A stretch of 64,000 nucleotides of DNA from Polyangiales bacterium (lineage in GTDB: Bacteria; Myxococcota_A; Polyangia; Polyangiales; Ga0077539), in NCBI GenBank assembly GCA_044229975.1, contig JBGARZ010000019.1:111225-175224 (forward strand). Direction: 5' to 3'. The translations under genes were made by a program, and so were the position numbers. The notes beneath the pieces are model-generated. The model had not been told where the DNA came from. It worked only from the letters and a program-made list of their open reading frames with translations, and ran no database searches. Below, in pieces: positions 1-8,194 of this stretch. Positions within the stretch are counted from its first letter, which is position 1, and every line of letters starts with the position of its first letter.

Positions 1-1569
1 CATCGGGCTCACCCGCACCAGCGCCGGGCCGAAGTCGGCGACGTTGACCATGAAGCCCGCGCCGCCGGTGAAGCCGTTGAAGGTCGAGGCCTGCGGCGAG
101 TCATCGATGACGCCGGCCAGTCGCAGTTGGAAGTGAACGCGCGAGGGCGTCGGGCGCGCCATGCACGCGCCGTTGCTGCACATGTTGCCGGCGCCGCAGG
201 CCGCGTCGTTCTGGCAGAGGTTGGGGGCCACGCAGACGCCGGTGTTGAGCGAGCACGCGAGGCCGGGCGCGCAAGGGTCGCCCATGCAGCACGCCTGCCC
301 GAGGCCGCCGCAGATCGATCGGTGCTCGATCATGTCCATCGCCGACAGAACGTCGTGCGCGAAGGGGTAGTGGCGTCGCACCGTCGGGTCGTCGGCCTGC
401 GCCTGCCGACAGAGCGACACCATCAACTGGAACATCCCCGTCACGCGGCGCTGGTCGTCGGGCGGGAGCTGGTCGACCTCGGCGACGGCGCGGTCCTCCA
501 GCATGATCATCACCATGTTCCAGAGGTTGGCGGCGATGAGCACGCGCACCGGGGGCGTGGTGGCGCGCCGCGAGAGCTGCTCCAGGTGGCGGTTGACGTT
601 CTCGTCGAACATCAGCCCCCAGGAGCCCGCCCGCACGATGTCGGTCACGAGCTGCGCGACCTCCTGCACCGACGCGACCTGATCGGCGGGGAAGGCCTCG
701 ACGGGCGCGGCCGTGAGCTGCCCGCGCGCGGCGTTGAGCACCGTCTGGATCGGCTCGATGAGGGTGATGCCCTGCGCGCCGTGGGTGGGGTCGGCGCCCT
801 GGCTGACCACCCCGAGGAGGTGGCCGTCCGCGTCGATGATGGGGCCGCCCGAGTTGCCCGGGTTGAGCGACATGGCGAGCTGCACGCGGCCGTCGTCGTT
901 GACGCGGCTCACCTCGCCAGAGGTCGCAGCGGGCGTGCGCTCGCGCGCCTCCAACGGGTAGCCCGAGGCGGAGACGCGCTGGAGCATCTGGAGCGGCGGC
1001 GCGGTGGCGGGGAGCTCGACGAAGTCGGTGAAGGTTCCGGGCACCGAGAGGAAGGCCACGTCGTGGTCGCGGTCGACGAAGAGCACCCGCGCGGGGAGCG
1101 CCTGCGCGGCGCCGGGGAGCAGCACCGCGAGCACGTCGGCGTTGGTCACGACGTGGCGCGCCGTGAGCACGATGCCGTCGCCGCGGACCATCACCCCGCT
1201 GCCGTGCGAGACGTCGGGGACGGCGACCAGACGAACGCGCCCCGATCGGTCGCCGCGCACCTGATCGGACGAGACGCCGTGCAGGGCGACGATGCGAACG
1301 GTGGCCCGATCGATGGGGCGCAGGGCCATCACCGCGGGCGAAGGAACGGGCGCGTCCGAGATGGGCGGATTGACGGCGTAGACCTGAGTCACGACGGCGG
1401 GAGTGGTCGGCGCGGAAGCGGGGGGCGTCGCGGCGGGGGTTGCGGGGGCAGGCTGCCGTCGCGGCGCAGGCGGTCGTCGCGGTTGGGCCGACGCGAGCAC
1501 GGGCGCGAGGGCGACGCACAGCGCCACCCGGAGGGTCAGCGACCGAGAAGCCGCACGAAGGAGACGCAT
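1..1569 (-). CDS. Secreted trypsin-like (S1) serine protease with helical region and Cys-rich module; 3' end runs off the window
   Basis: Not in the ORF track because it has no stop in the window. Manual translation from ATG 1569: signal peptide MRLLRAASRSLTLRVALCVALAPVLASAQ, Pro/Ala linker, GSGVMV, LTARHVV (His), DHDVAFL (Asp), LNPGNSGGP (Ser), later CGGLGQACC..C..C..C cluster. Confidence 0.85.
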   Translation of the reverse strand, partial: MRLLRAASRSLTLRVALCVALAPVLASAQPRRPPAPRRQPAPATPAATPPASAPTTPAVVTQVYAVNPPISDAPVPSPAVMALRPIDRATVRIVALHGVSSDQVRGDRSGRVRLVAVPDVSHGSGVMVRGDGIVLTARHVVTNADVLAVLLPGAAQALPARVLFVDRDHDVAFLSVPGTFTDFVELPATAPPLQMLQRVSASGYPLEARERTPAATSGEVSRVNDDGRVQLAMSLNPGNSGGPIIDADGHLLGVVSQGADPTHGAQGITLIEPIQTVLNAARGQLTAAPVEAFPADQVASVQEVAQLVTDIVRAGSWGLMFDENVNRHLEQLSRRATTPPVRVLIAANLWNMVMIMLEDRAVAEVDQLPPDDQRRVTGMFQLMVSLCRQAQADDPTVRRHYPFAHDVLSAMDMIEHRSICGGLGQACCMGDPCAPGLACSLNTGVCVAPNLCQNDAACGAGNMCSNGACMARPTPSRVHFQLRLAGVIDDSPQASTFNGFTGGAGFMVNVADFGPALVRVSPM

Positions 1570-1708
1570 GGACACCTCTGCAGACGCGCCCCGAGATGAG
1601 GCCCCGTTCCCGCGTGAGATGTCGTTACTTCAACGCAGAGCGACGGGTCAACCCGTCGGGGAGCTCGGTAGTGTCCTTGGTTGAGGCCCAGTGTCCCACG
1701 TTGAGAGT

Positions 1709-1959
1709 CCGCGTCGCTCACGCCGGAGTTCACCGTGCCGTCCCCGCGCTCACCGCGCTCGGTTCACTCCGGGCTATTTCACGCGGATCGCCCCGCCCGA
1801 AGCGGGGCTCAGGCGGCTCTTGCTGCGGTGGTGGGTTCGCCCAGGATCGGATTCACGGAGCCCCGCTCCGGGCGGGGCGATCCGCGTGAAATAGCCCGGA
1901 GTGAACCGAGCGCGGTGAGCGCGGGGACGGCACGGTGAACTCCGGTGTGAGCGACGCGG
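1709..1959. repeat. Long inverted repeat: 102-bp arms (1709-1810, 1858-1959), 47-bp spacer
   Basis: Reverse complement of the left arm matches the right arm at 100/102 positions (mismatches 1800/1868 and 1722/1946). Confidence 0.95.
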
Positions 1960-2019
1960 GTGTCCTGCTTTGACGGGCGCACGAGAGTCAGTGTCGCAAC
2001 GCGGACACCACCGCAAGTT

Positions 2020-5000
2020 CTACTCCTGCCCGCGTCGCCGCCTGCGTCGCGTCGCGCCCATCGCCACCACCGCCAGCGTCATCCACAGCCCGCCGTTCGC
2101 TCCGTTGGGCGCCTGCGTCCTGCATCCGCAGCCGTCGCTTCCGCCCGGTGCCGTGCCGCCGTCCGCCACCGCGCCCGCGTCGTCCGTCGCGCCCGCGTCG
2201 TCGGTCGTGCCCGCGTCCGTCGTCCCGACATCCGTCGCGCCCGCGTCTGTCGTCCCGACGTCCGTCGTCGCCACGTCCGTCGCTGCGTCCACGGCCGCGT
2301 CCGTCGTGCCTGCGTCCGGGTCCTCCGACGGCCACATGAAAGTCCCCATCGCCGATCCCGTTCGGTCGGCCACGTCGCGCGCTTCGACCGTCACCGTCCA
2401 CGCGCCCGGCGTGGTCACGGCCGCCCGCGCGTCCCAGGTGGTGTCGATCACCGCCACGGTGCCCGTGAGCGGCCCCGTCGTGCGGTACGCCTCCGTGCCC
2501 GAGGGCGACAGCACCCGCAGCGTGTAGCCGCGCAGGTCGGTCGCGTCGCGCGCCATCGCCGTGATCGCCACCTGCCGCGGCGAGAGCATCGGCACCGCGC
2601 GCACGTCCATCACCACGGGCGGGCTGCTGTCGACGATCTGCACCGGCGCCGTCAGCACGAGGTCCGCGCGCGCCGCGCCGGGCGCCTGGGCGCTGATCTC
2701 CACCACGTAGCGCAGGCCCGGCGTGAAGATGCCCGACGCGATCCAGGTGACCGTGGCCGCGCCCAACGCGTGCGTCACCGGCGCCCACGGAACCACCGGC
2801 GAGCCGTTTACCGTCAGCACCCGCGCGCGGTACTCGCTGTTGCGCAGCGCCGACGGGTCGTCCCAGGCCGCGCCCAGCACCCGCACCGACTCCGAGGTCG
2901 TCACCGCCACGTCGGGCATCGGAATCGTCGCTACGCCGCCCGTCACCGACACCGCCACCACCCGCGGGTTGCGGATCACCGGGTCTGTCGATGATCCCGC
3001 GAGCGCCGTGACGTAGCCGTCGCCGGTCGGAACCATCAACCCCAGCGACCCATCACCGTCGACGTCCGCCACGATGGGCGAGCCCACTGCCGTCTGGAAG
3101 TTGTACGAAAACTCCAGCGCCCCGGTCTCCGCCGCGAGCACGTAGAGGTACCCGTCGTCCGACCCCACGATGAACTCGTCGCGCAGGTCGCCGTCGATGT
3201 CCGCCGTCGCCGCGTCGCTCAACGCGCGACCGCCCGCGCAGTCTCCCGAGGACGTCCCCGTGACCGTGTCCGCCCGCCCGTTGCGCAAGCACCGCGCCCA
3301 CCGCAGCGGGAGCGTCGCGTCGGTGCGCGTCGTCGGCTCCAGCGCGTAGAACACCCCGCTCGACGACCCGAAGCCGAAGCCCACCGGGTCGGTCGCGCCG
3401 TGTGCCGCGGGCATCGCGTACGAGGCCGCCGCGCCCGTCGCGACGAGCGTCCCTTCGGAGAACTCCGCGTGTGTCCACGCCGCCACGCTGGTCGCCCGAG
3501 TCGCCGACGGGACCACGTTGTGCAGCGACGCACCCTGACCGCCGAAGAAGCCGATGCCCGAGAGCAGCGAGCGCGTGAGCGACAGGTCGAAGGTGCCAAA
3601 CACCGGCCAGCCGTAGGCGATGCCGCGGGTGATGGTCGACCCTGGTGCCGTCACCGCGCGGTTGTCGCCCTGGTAGAGGAGCTGCGCCGCGCCCGCCGCG
3701 GTGCCGTCGCCCGTGCGCACGACGACGCCGGCGTTCATGGCGATGGCCACGTCGTCGCGGCCGTCGCCGTTGATGTCGGTGGTGGCGCCCGCGGCCGACC
3801 AGCAGCACGTCCCCTGTCCCGCCGTCTCCGGCGAGAACGAGTTGGCCCAGAGCAGCGGGTGGTTGCTGCCCGCCGCGCCGCGCCCGCTCACCACATTGAG
3901 AAACGACGACCCGCAGCAGGTGAGCTGCCCGTTGGAGAGCAGCCCGTCGAAGGAGACGGCGATGTCGGCGGTGCCGTCGCCGTTCACGTCACCGACGCTC
4001 GGGGGGTAGTGGTTGAAGCGGCCGTTGGGCGGCAGGGTGATCGGGTCGGAGCGCCACAGCTCCGTCGGGCCGAGCGCGTTGATGGCGGCAAAGTACGGGA
4101 GCGTACCAAGGTGATTGGCGACGATGACCCGCAGCGCCATGTCGTCGCCGCGCACCACGAGCGGGTACTGGGTCGTTCCGCCGAAGTAGCGCGCGGTCGC
4201 GGTGGGCGCGCGCACGAGGCTGGCGTCGTCGGTGGGCACCACGCTGAGGGCGCCGTCGCTCTCGGTGGTCACGAGGTCCATGCGCCGCGGGTTGGTGCCC
4301 GCGAGCTGGGCCGCCGCGATGCTCGCGATGAACCCGCCCGACGTCACCACGCCCATGTTGCCGATGGTGGTCGGGGGCGGTCCGAAGCGGAGGTTGAAGA
4401 TCTTGAAGGTTCCGTCGCTGTCGCTCACCACGATGGCGTCGGGCGCCGTCAGTCGCGGCGCCGTGCGAGCGAGCCCGAGCGGTCGCGCCTGTCGTCCGCG
4501 CGCGAAGGAGTAGGTCGCCTGCGGGGCGCCCGTGACCGCGTCGACGAAGACCAGCCCGGTGGGTCGACCGACGGCCGTCGACGAGGGGTCGCCCTGGTAG
4601 AGCAGGAGCTGCCGACCCGTTCCCGATGGGATCAGCAGCGGGACGTTGGTGCGTGGCGTGAGGCCCGGCCGGTCGCGCTCGACGACGCCCGCGAGCCCGG
4701 CGTTGGGGACCTCCCAGAGCCGCGCGAGGGTTGTCCGCTCGGTGGCGCTGTCGAAGGTCACCCCGTAGGCCGAGATGCTCGTCACCCGCGGCACGTCGTA
4801 CTCGTTGCCCGCGCTCTGCGTGAGGATCTCGGGTCGCCCATCACCCGTCACGTCGACGGTGGCGAGCGCGACGCGGTCGGCGATCTCGGTGACGAGCACG
4901 CCGGTGATCGGGTTGTAGAGCGCCATGTGCCACCGCCTGACGCCCGCCGGGTCGTTGACGCCGTCGAGGTCGCTGCACGTCGACGAAGGGAAGGCGCGCA

Positions 5001-6132
5001 CCTCGCAGTCGTGCGAGTCGAAGACGTTGACCACGAGGTAGCCGGGCAGACCGTCGGCGGCGAGGTAGGGGCTCTCGGGGGAGGACACGTTGCGCGCATC
5101 CCCGACGCCCGCGGCGACACCACCAGCGCCGCGCGCGGCGTACACGACGCCCCACGAGCGGGAGGCGGTGGCGTCAGCGTCGACGAGGGCGAACTCACCG
5201 GGGCTCACCACGAAGGCCGCGTCGCGCGTGGCGCCGGGGAAGCGCACGGCCGCGGTGGCGAGCAGGCCCGTGATGACCGGGGCGCCGTCGTGGGAGCCGT
5301 TGGGGAGGACGGTTCCGCGGAGGGCGGTGTCGTCGGCGCCAGAGTGGAGGCGGGTCGCGCCGGAGCCGATCTGTTGCACCGCGACGTCGAGGCGGGCGTC
5401 GCCGTTGTAGTCGCCGAGCCCGAGGTGCGGAAACCAGTGGGTGGACGGCGTCACGCCGACGGGGAAGCGCCAGGCGTCGACGGCGTCGGCGTAGGTTCCG
5501 GGGAAGGTGAAGGCGTGGACGATGGCCTCGCCACCGGACACGCGAAGCACGACGGCGGGGCGGCCGGCGGGGGTTCCGCTGCCGTCGGTGTTGAGGTCGG
5601 CGACGCGGGCGTTTTGCGCGTCGACGGACTGGCCGCGGTTGACGAGCTGCGCGGGGTCGTTGAAGTCCTCGCGCGACCAGCGGACGGTGCCGTCGCGGCT
5701 GTCGACGAGGTAGACGCCCGCGGGCGGCCCCGAGCGCACCGCGACGATGACGGGGTACCCGAGTCCCGCGAGGTCGCGGAAGCCCACGATGGACGTGAGC
5801 CCGAGCGGAACGGAGTCCCACAGCACGCGGTCTTGCAGGTCGCGGGCGACGAGCTTGCCGCCGACGATGGCGACGACCTCATCGACGCCATCGCCGTTGA
5901 CGTCGGCCACCATGGCGGCCGCGGGCGCGACGTTGCCGCCGACGTAGTACGACCATCGCGTGCTGCGGGTGGCGTCGAGGCGGCCGGGGCCGGGCGCCCA
6001 CCCGGTGCGCTGCGGGTCGCGGGCGCGCATGGGCCACGAGCCGGGGTCGGGGGTGGTGCCCTGGGCCGCGGCGGCGGTGGCGGCGAGCAGCGTGGCGAGG
6101 GCGAGCGCGACGTAGGACGGGCGACGGTTCAT
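2020..6132 (-). CDS. FG-GAP/VCBS-repeat beta-propeller surface protein with MYXO-CTERM sorting signal
   Basis: Start re-assigned to ATG 6132 (MNRRPSYVALALATLLAATAAAAQ signal peptide). About 7 DxNGDGxxD/E motifs, N-terminal WPMRARDPQRTG motif, DAG-rich linker, C-terminal GCGC-spacer-TM-RRRRRR. Confidence 0.85.
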   Translation of the reverse strand: MNRRPSYVALALATLLAATAAAAQGTTPDPGSWPMRARDPQRTGWAPGPGRLDATRSTRWSYYVGGNVAPAAAMVADVNGDGVDEVVAIVGGKLVARDLQDRVLWDSVPLGLTSIVGFRDLAGLGYPVIVAVRSGPPAGVYLVDSRDGTVRWSREDFNDPAQLVNRGQSVDAQNARVADLNTDGSGTPAGRPAVVLRVSGGEAIVHAFTFPGTYADAVDAWRFPVGVTPSTHWFPHLGLGDYNGDARLDVAVQQIGSGATRLHSGADDTALRGTVLPNGSHDGAPVITGLLATAAVRFPGATRDAAFVVSPGEFALVDADATASRSWGVVYAARGAGGVAAGVGDARNVSSPESPYLAADGLPGYLVVNVFDSHDCEVRAFPSSTCSDLDGVNDPAGVRRWHMALYNPITGVLVTEIADRVALATVDVTGDGRPEILTQSAGNEYDVPRVTSISAYGVTFDSATERTTLARLWEVPNAGLAGVVERDRPGLTPRTNVPLLIPSGTGRQLLLYQGDPSSTAVGRPTGLVFVDAVTGAPQATYSFARGRQARPLGLARTAPRLTAPDAIVVSDSDGTFKIFNLRFGPPPTTIGNMGVVTSGGFIASIAAAQLAGTNPRRMDLVTTESDGALSVVPTDDASLVRAPTATARYFGGTTQYPLVVRGDDMALRVIVANHLGTLPYFAAINALGPTELWRSDPITLPPNGRFNHYPPSVGDVNGDGTADIAVSFDGLLSNGQLTCCGSSFLNVVSGRGAAGSNHPLLWANSFSPETAGQGTCCWSAAGATTDINGDGRDDVAIAMNAGVVVRTGDGTAAGAAQLLYQGDNRAVTAPGSTITRGIAYGWPVFGTFDLSLTRSLLSGIGFFGGQGASLHNVVPSATRATSVAAWTHAEFSEGTLVATGAAASYAMPAAHGATDPVGFGFGSSSGVFYALEPTTRTDATLPLRWARCLRNGRADTVTGTSSGDCAGGRALSDAATADIDGDLRDEFIVGSDDGYLYVLAAETGALEFSYNFQTAVGSPIVADVDGDGSLGLMVPTGDGYVTALAGSSTDPVIRNPRVVAVSVTGGVATIPMPDVAVTTSESVRVLGAAWDDPSALRNSEYRARVLTVNGSPVVPWAPVTHALGAATVTWIASGIFTPGLRYVVEISAQAPGAARADLVLTAPVQIVDSSPPVVMDVRAVPMLSPRQVAITAMARDATDLRGYTLRVLSPSGTEAYRTTGPLTGTVAVIDTTWDARAAVTTPGAWTVTVEARDVADRTGSAMGTFMWPSEDPDAGTTDAAVDAATDVATTDVGTTDAGATDVGTTDAGTTDDAGATDDAGAVADGGTAPGGSDGCGCRTQAPNGANGGLWMTLAVVAMGATRRRRRRGQE

Positions 6133-6181
6133 GGCAGCGACGACAGAACACCACGCGCGCACGGCGGGCAACGGCCATCGG

Positions 6182-7015
6182 TCAGGGCGTCGCGCCGGCC
6201 TGCTCCAGCTCCTCGGCGCCGTAGCCGGGTCCGCCCTCCTGACAGAGCGATCGCCCTTCGGCGTCGCAGCGGGTCGAGCGGTTGAGGCACGCTTCGAAGC
6301 ACCCGGGGCCATGGTCGGTGCTGTCGCACGATCGGTAACATCGCAGGCACTCGGCCGCACAGCCGCCCTCGCGGTAGCGACGGATCAACCGCTGGCGGCA
6401 CACCCGGTGTCGGGCGGCGCAGCCCGCGGTGAGGCAGTAGTCCCGGGCGTCGATGCAGGTCTGGAGACACCTCCCGCATCGGGTGGCACAGGCGTAGTGA
6501 CACGCGGGCGTGGTGCAGGGCGCGCGGCACTCGGAGCACTCGGCGCGGCAGGTGGTGTCGCAGGTCTCGCAGGCGCCGCCGCAGGTGACGCGGCAGGGTG
6601 TCTCGACCTCGTCGAAGCACGGATCGACGGCGTGCGACTGCCGCGCGACCCAGGTGGCGCAGTGGAGGGGATCGCCGACCCCCGCCGCGTTGGGTGCCGG
6701 GGGTCGATAGCGACAGGTGGAGGCGAGGCGACGGATGGCGGCGTTGTCGGTCCAGGCAGTGGCCCAGTGACCGGGGATCGGCCGTCGACGCATGTGCCAG
6801 CCAGGGGGCGCGTTGCCCTGCGGGATGGGCGGCAGACCGACCAGCATCGGGTGCGCCGGGCCCGTGTCGACGGGAGGGCGATCGACGGGGACGTCCATCG
6901 GCGGCGGCGGGACATCGATGACAGGGCGGGCGCGTGGCCCAGCGTCGGGAGGAGAGGGGATGGGGGCACACCCGAGGAGCGCGATGCTGACGATCCATCG
7001 GACGCGCGGGGTCAT
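6182..7015 (-). CDS. Cys-rich putative lipoprotein
   Basis: ATG 7015; lipobox-like IALLGC; Pro-rich linker; dense CxxC/CxxxC C-terminal half. Confidence 0.7.
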   Translation of the reverse strand: MTPRVRWIVSIALLGCAPIPSPPDAGPRARPVIDVPPPPMDVPVDRPPVDTGPAHPMLVGLPPIPQGNAPPGWHMRRRPIPGHWATAWTDNAAIRRLASTCRYRPPAPNAAGVGDPLHCATWVARQSHAVDPCFDEVETPCRVTCGGACETCDTTCRAECSECRAPCTTPACHYACATRCGRCLQTCIDARDYCLTAGCAARHRVCRQRLIRRYREGGCAAECLRCYRSCDSTDHGPGCFEACLNRSTRCDAEGRSLCQEGGPGYGAEELEQAGATP

Positions 7016-7023
7016 CGCCCCTA

Positions 7024-7054
7024 ACGCTACGCGATTCGCCGCGATGATTGTCAA
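7024..7054 (-). promoter_or_regulatory. sigma70-type promoter TTGACA-N19-TAGCGT (copy 1), 8 nt upstream of ATG 7015
   Basis: Minus strand TTGACA 7054-7049, TAGCGT 7029-7024; 31/34 nt identical to 8131-8164. Confidence 0.65.
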
Positions 7055-7533
7055 CGCAACGAAGCGCCGTCGAGCGTCTTCAGGAGTCGTTCGGGTGTGA
7101 CGATGAGGGTGCGGTCCCGCCACGGGTCGCGCCCCGCCATGGCCAGGAGGAGCTTGTCCCGCGTGAGCAGCAGGTGCGCCCCGCCCTCCCACGCCAGCTC
7201 CAGAAACTTCTGGTCGTCGCGGTCCTTGCACCGCGGGAGTGCGGTCGCGGCGGCGGACGGTCCGTCGAGGCGCTCGGTGCGCGCGCGGTACTCGGAGGCG
7301 ATCTCCGCGCGACGCGCAGGGGTGATGCCGAAGTCGGAGAAGGCGAGCACGCGGGTGAGCTCGTCGAGGCAGTCGTCGCGCGTGAGGAGGGCGGCGCGTC
7401 GTCGCTCCAACCAGGCCAGCAGTCCCAGCATCCGCGGGTGCCGGAAGTGCCAGAACGACAACACCACATGGGTGTCGAGCACCACGCGCAGGTCGACGTC
7501 GTCGGAGGGGAGAGCGAGGAGCGGGCTGCTCAC
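7051..7533 (-). CDS. PIN-domain ribonuclease (putative TA toxin component, PIN_3-like)
   Basis: RVVLDTHVV..E..CKDRDDQKFLELA..LLTRDKLLL is the typical PIN acidic-residue pattern. GTG 7533 overlaps the upstream TGA (GTGA). Confidence 0.85.
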   Translation of the reverse strand: MSSPLLALPSDDVDLRVVLDTHVVLSFWHFRHPRMLGLLAWLERRRAALLTRDDCLDELTRVLAFSDFGITPARRAEIASEYRARTERLDGPSAAATALPRCKDRDDQKFLELAWEGGAHLLLTRDKLLLAMAGRDPWRDRTLIVTPERLLKTLDGASLR

Positions 7534-8123
7534 CGGCGGGTGTTGGCGTCGCAGGGCGCGCTCTCCGACGCGGGCACGCGGCACGCCCCCACCTGCGTCG
7601 AGCAGCGGAACGTCGGGATGCGCGCACACCGCCCCGGCGCCGCCTCGTACGTGAACGACTCCACCGTCACCTCTCCACCCTGCGGCGCGCACGGAAACGA
7701 GAGGTCATGGGACGCCTCGCACTGCTCGACGCTGCCCGCGGGGGGACACCACCGTTCGGGCGTGAAGAAGCAGAGCGGAGACGAGGGCGGCGCATAGAAG
7801 CCCGCGCGAACCCGCAGCCAGCCGGGGTGTTCGGGCGGCGAAGCGACCCCGGCGTCGGGGCAGTCGATGGAGAGGGCGGGCGGCGGGTTGCACATCACCC
7901 CGGGAGGACAACCGCCGACGGCCTGCCGGTAGTTGCAGCCACCAAGGGGCGACGCAAACACGGCCGACGGCGACATGTTGGCTGGCGGCGGCGGCGGCGG
8001 TGGGGGCGTGGCTGCGTGATCGGTGGTCGGCGGATGGCGGGGCGGGTCGACGCTGCTGGTTCCGCGGCAGCCGACGAGGCCGCCGAGGGTGATGACGATG
8101 GAGGCCCGCAGTGGGTGCTTCAT
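7530..8123 (-). CDS. Cys/Pro-rich putative lipoprotein
   Basis: ATG 8123; MKHPLRASIVITLGGLVGC lipobox; poly-Pro linker; multiple Cys. Confidence 0.7.
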   Translation of the reverse strand: MKHPLRASIVITLGGLVGCRGTSSVDPPRHPPTTDHAATPPPPPPPPANMSPSAVFASPLGGCNYRQAVGGCPPGVMCNPPPALSIDCPDAGVASPPEHPGWLRVRAGFYAPPSSPLCFFTPERWCPPAGSVEQCEASHDLSFPCAPQGGEVTVESFTYEAAPGRCARIPTFRCSTQVGACRVPASESAPCDANTRR

Positions 8124-8130
8124 CCGACCG

Positions 8131-8161
8131 ACGCTACGCGATTCGCGTCGATGCTTGTCAA
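8131..8161 (-). promoter_or_regulatory. sigma70-type promoter TTGACA-N19-TAGCGT (copy 2), 7 nt upstream of ATG 8123
   Basis: Minus strand TTGACA 8161-8156, TAGCGT 8136-8131. Confidence 0.65.
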
Positions 8162-8194
8162 CGCGGCGGCCGTCGGGCTCTATCGCGCGCCCGT

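Noticed and set aside
101..1599. ORF-track entries 101..1519(-) and 127..1599(+)
   Set aside because: Shadow frames of the real protease frame (1569 to <1, minus), which carries the catalytic motifs.
1641..1658. Hairpin CGACGGGT-CA-ACCCGTCG (and ACCCCCGCGGGGGT at 38183-38196)
   Set aside because: Short GC-rich palindromes with no U-tract or second copy; a function cannot be supported.
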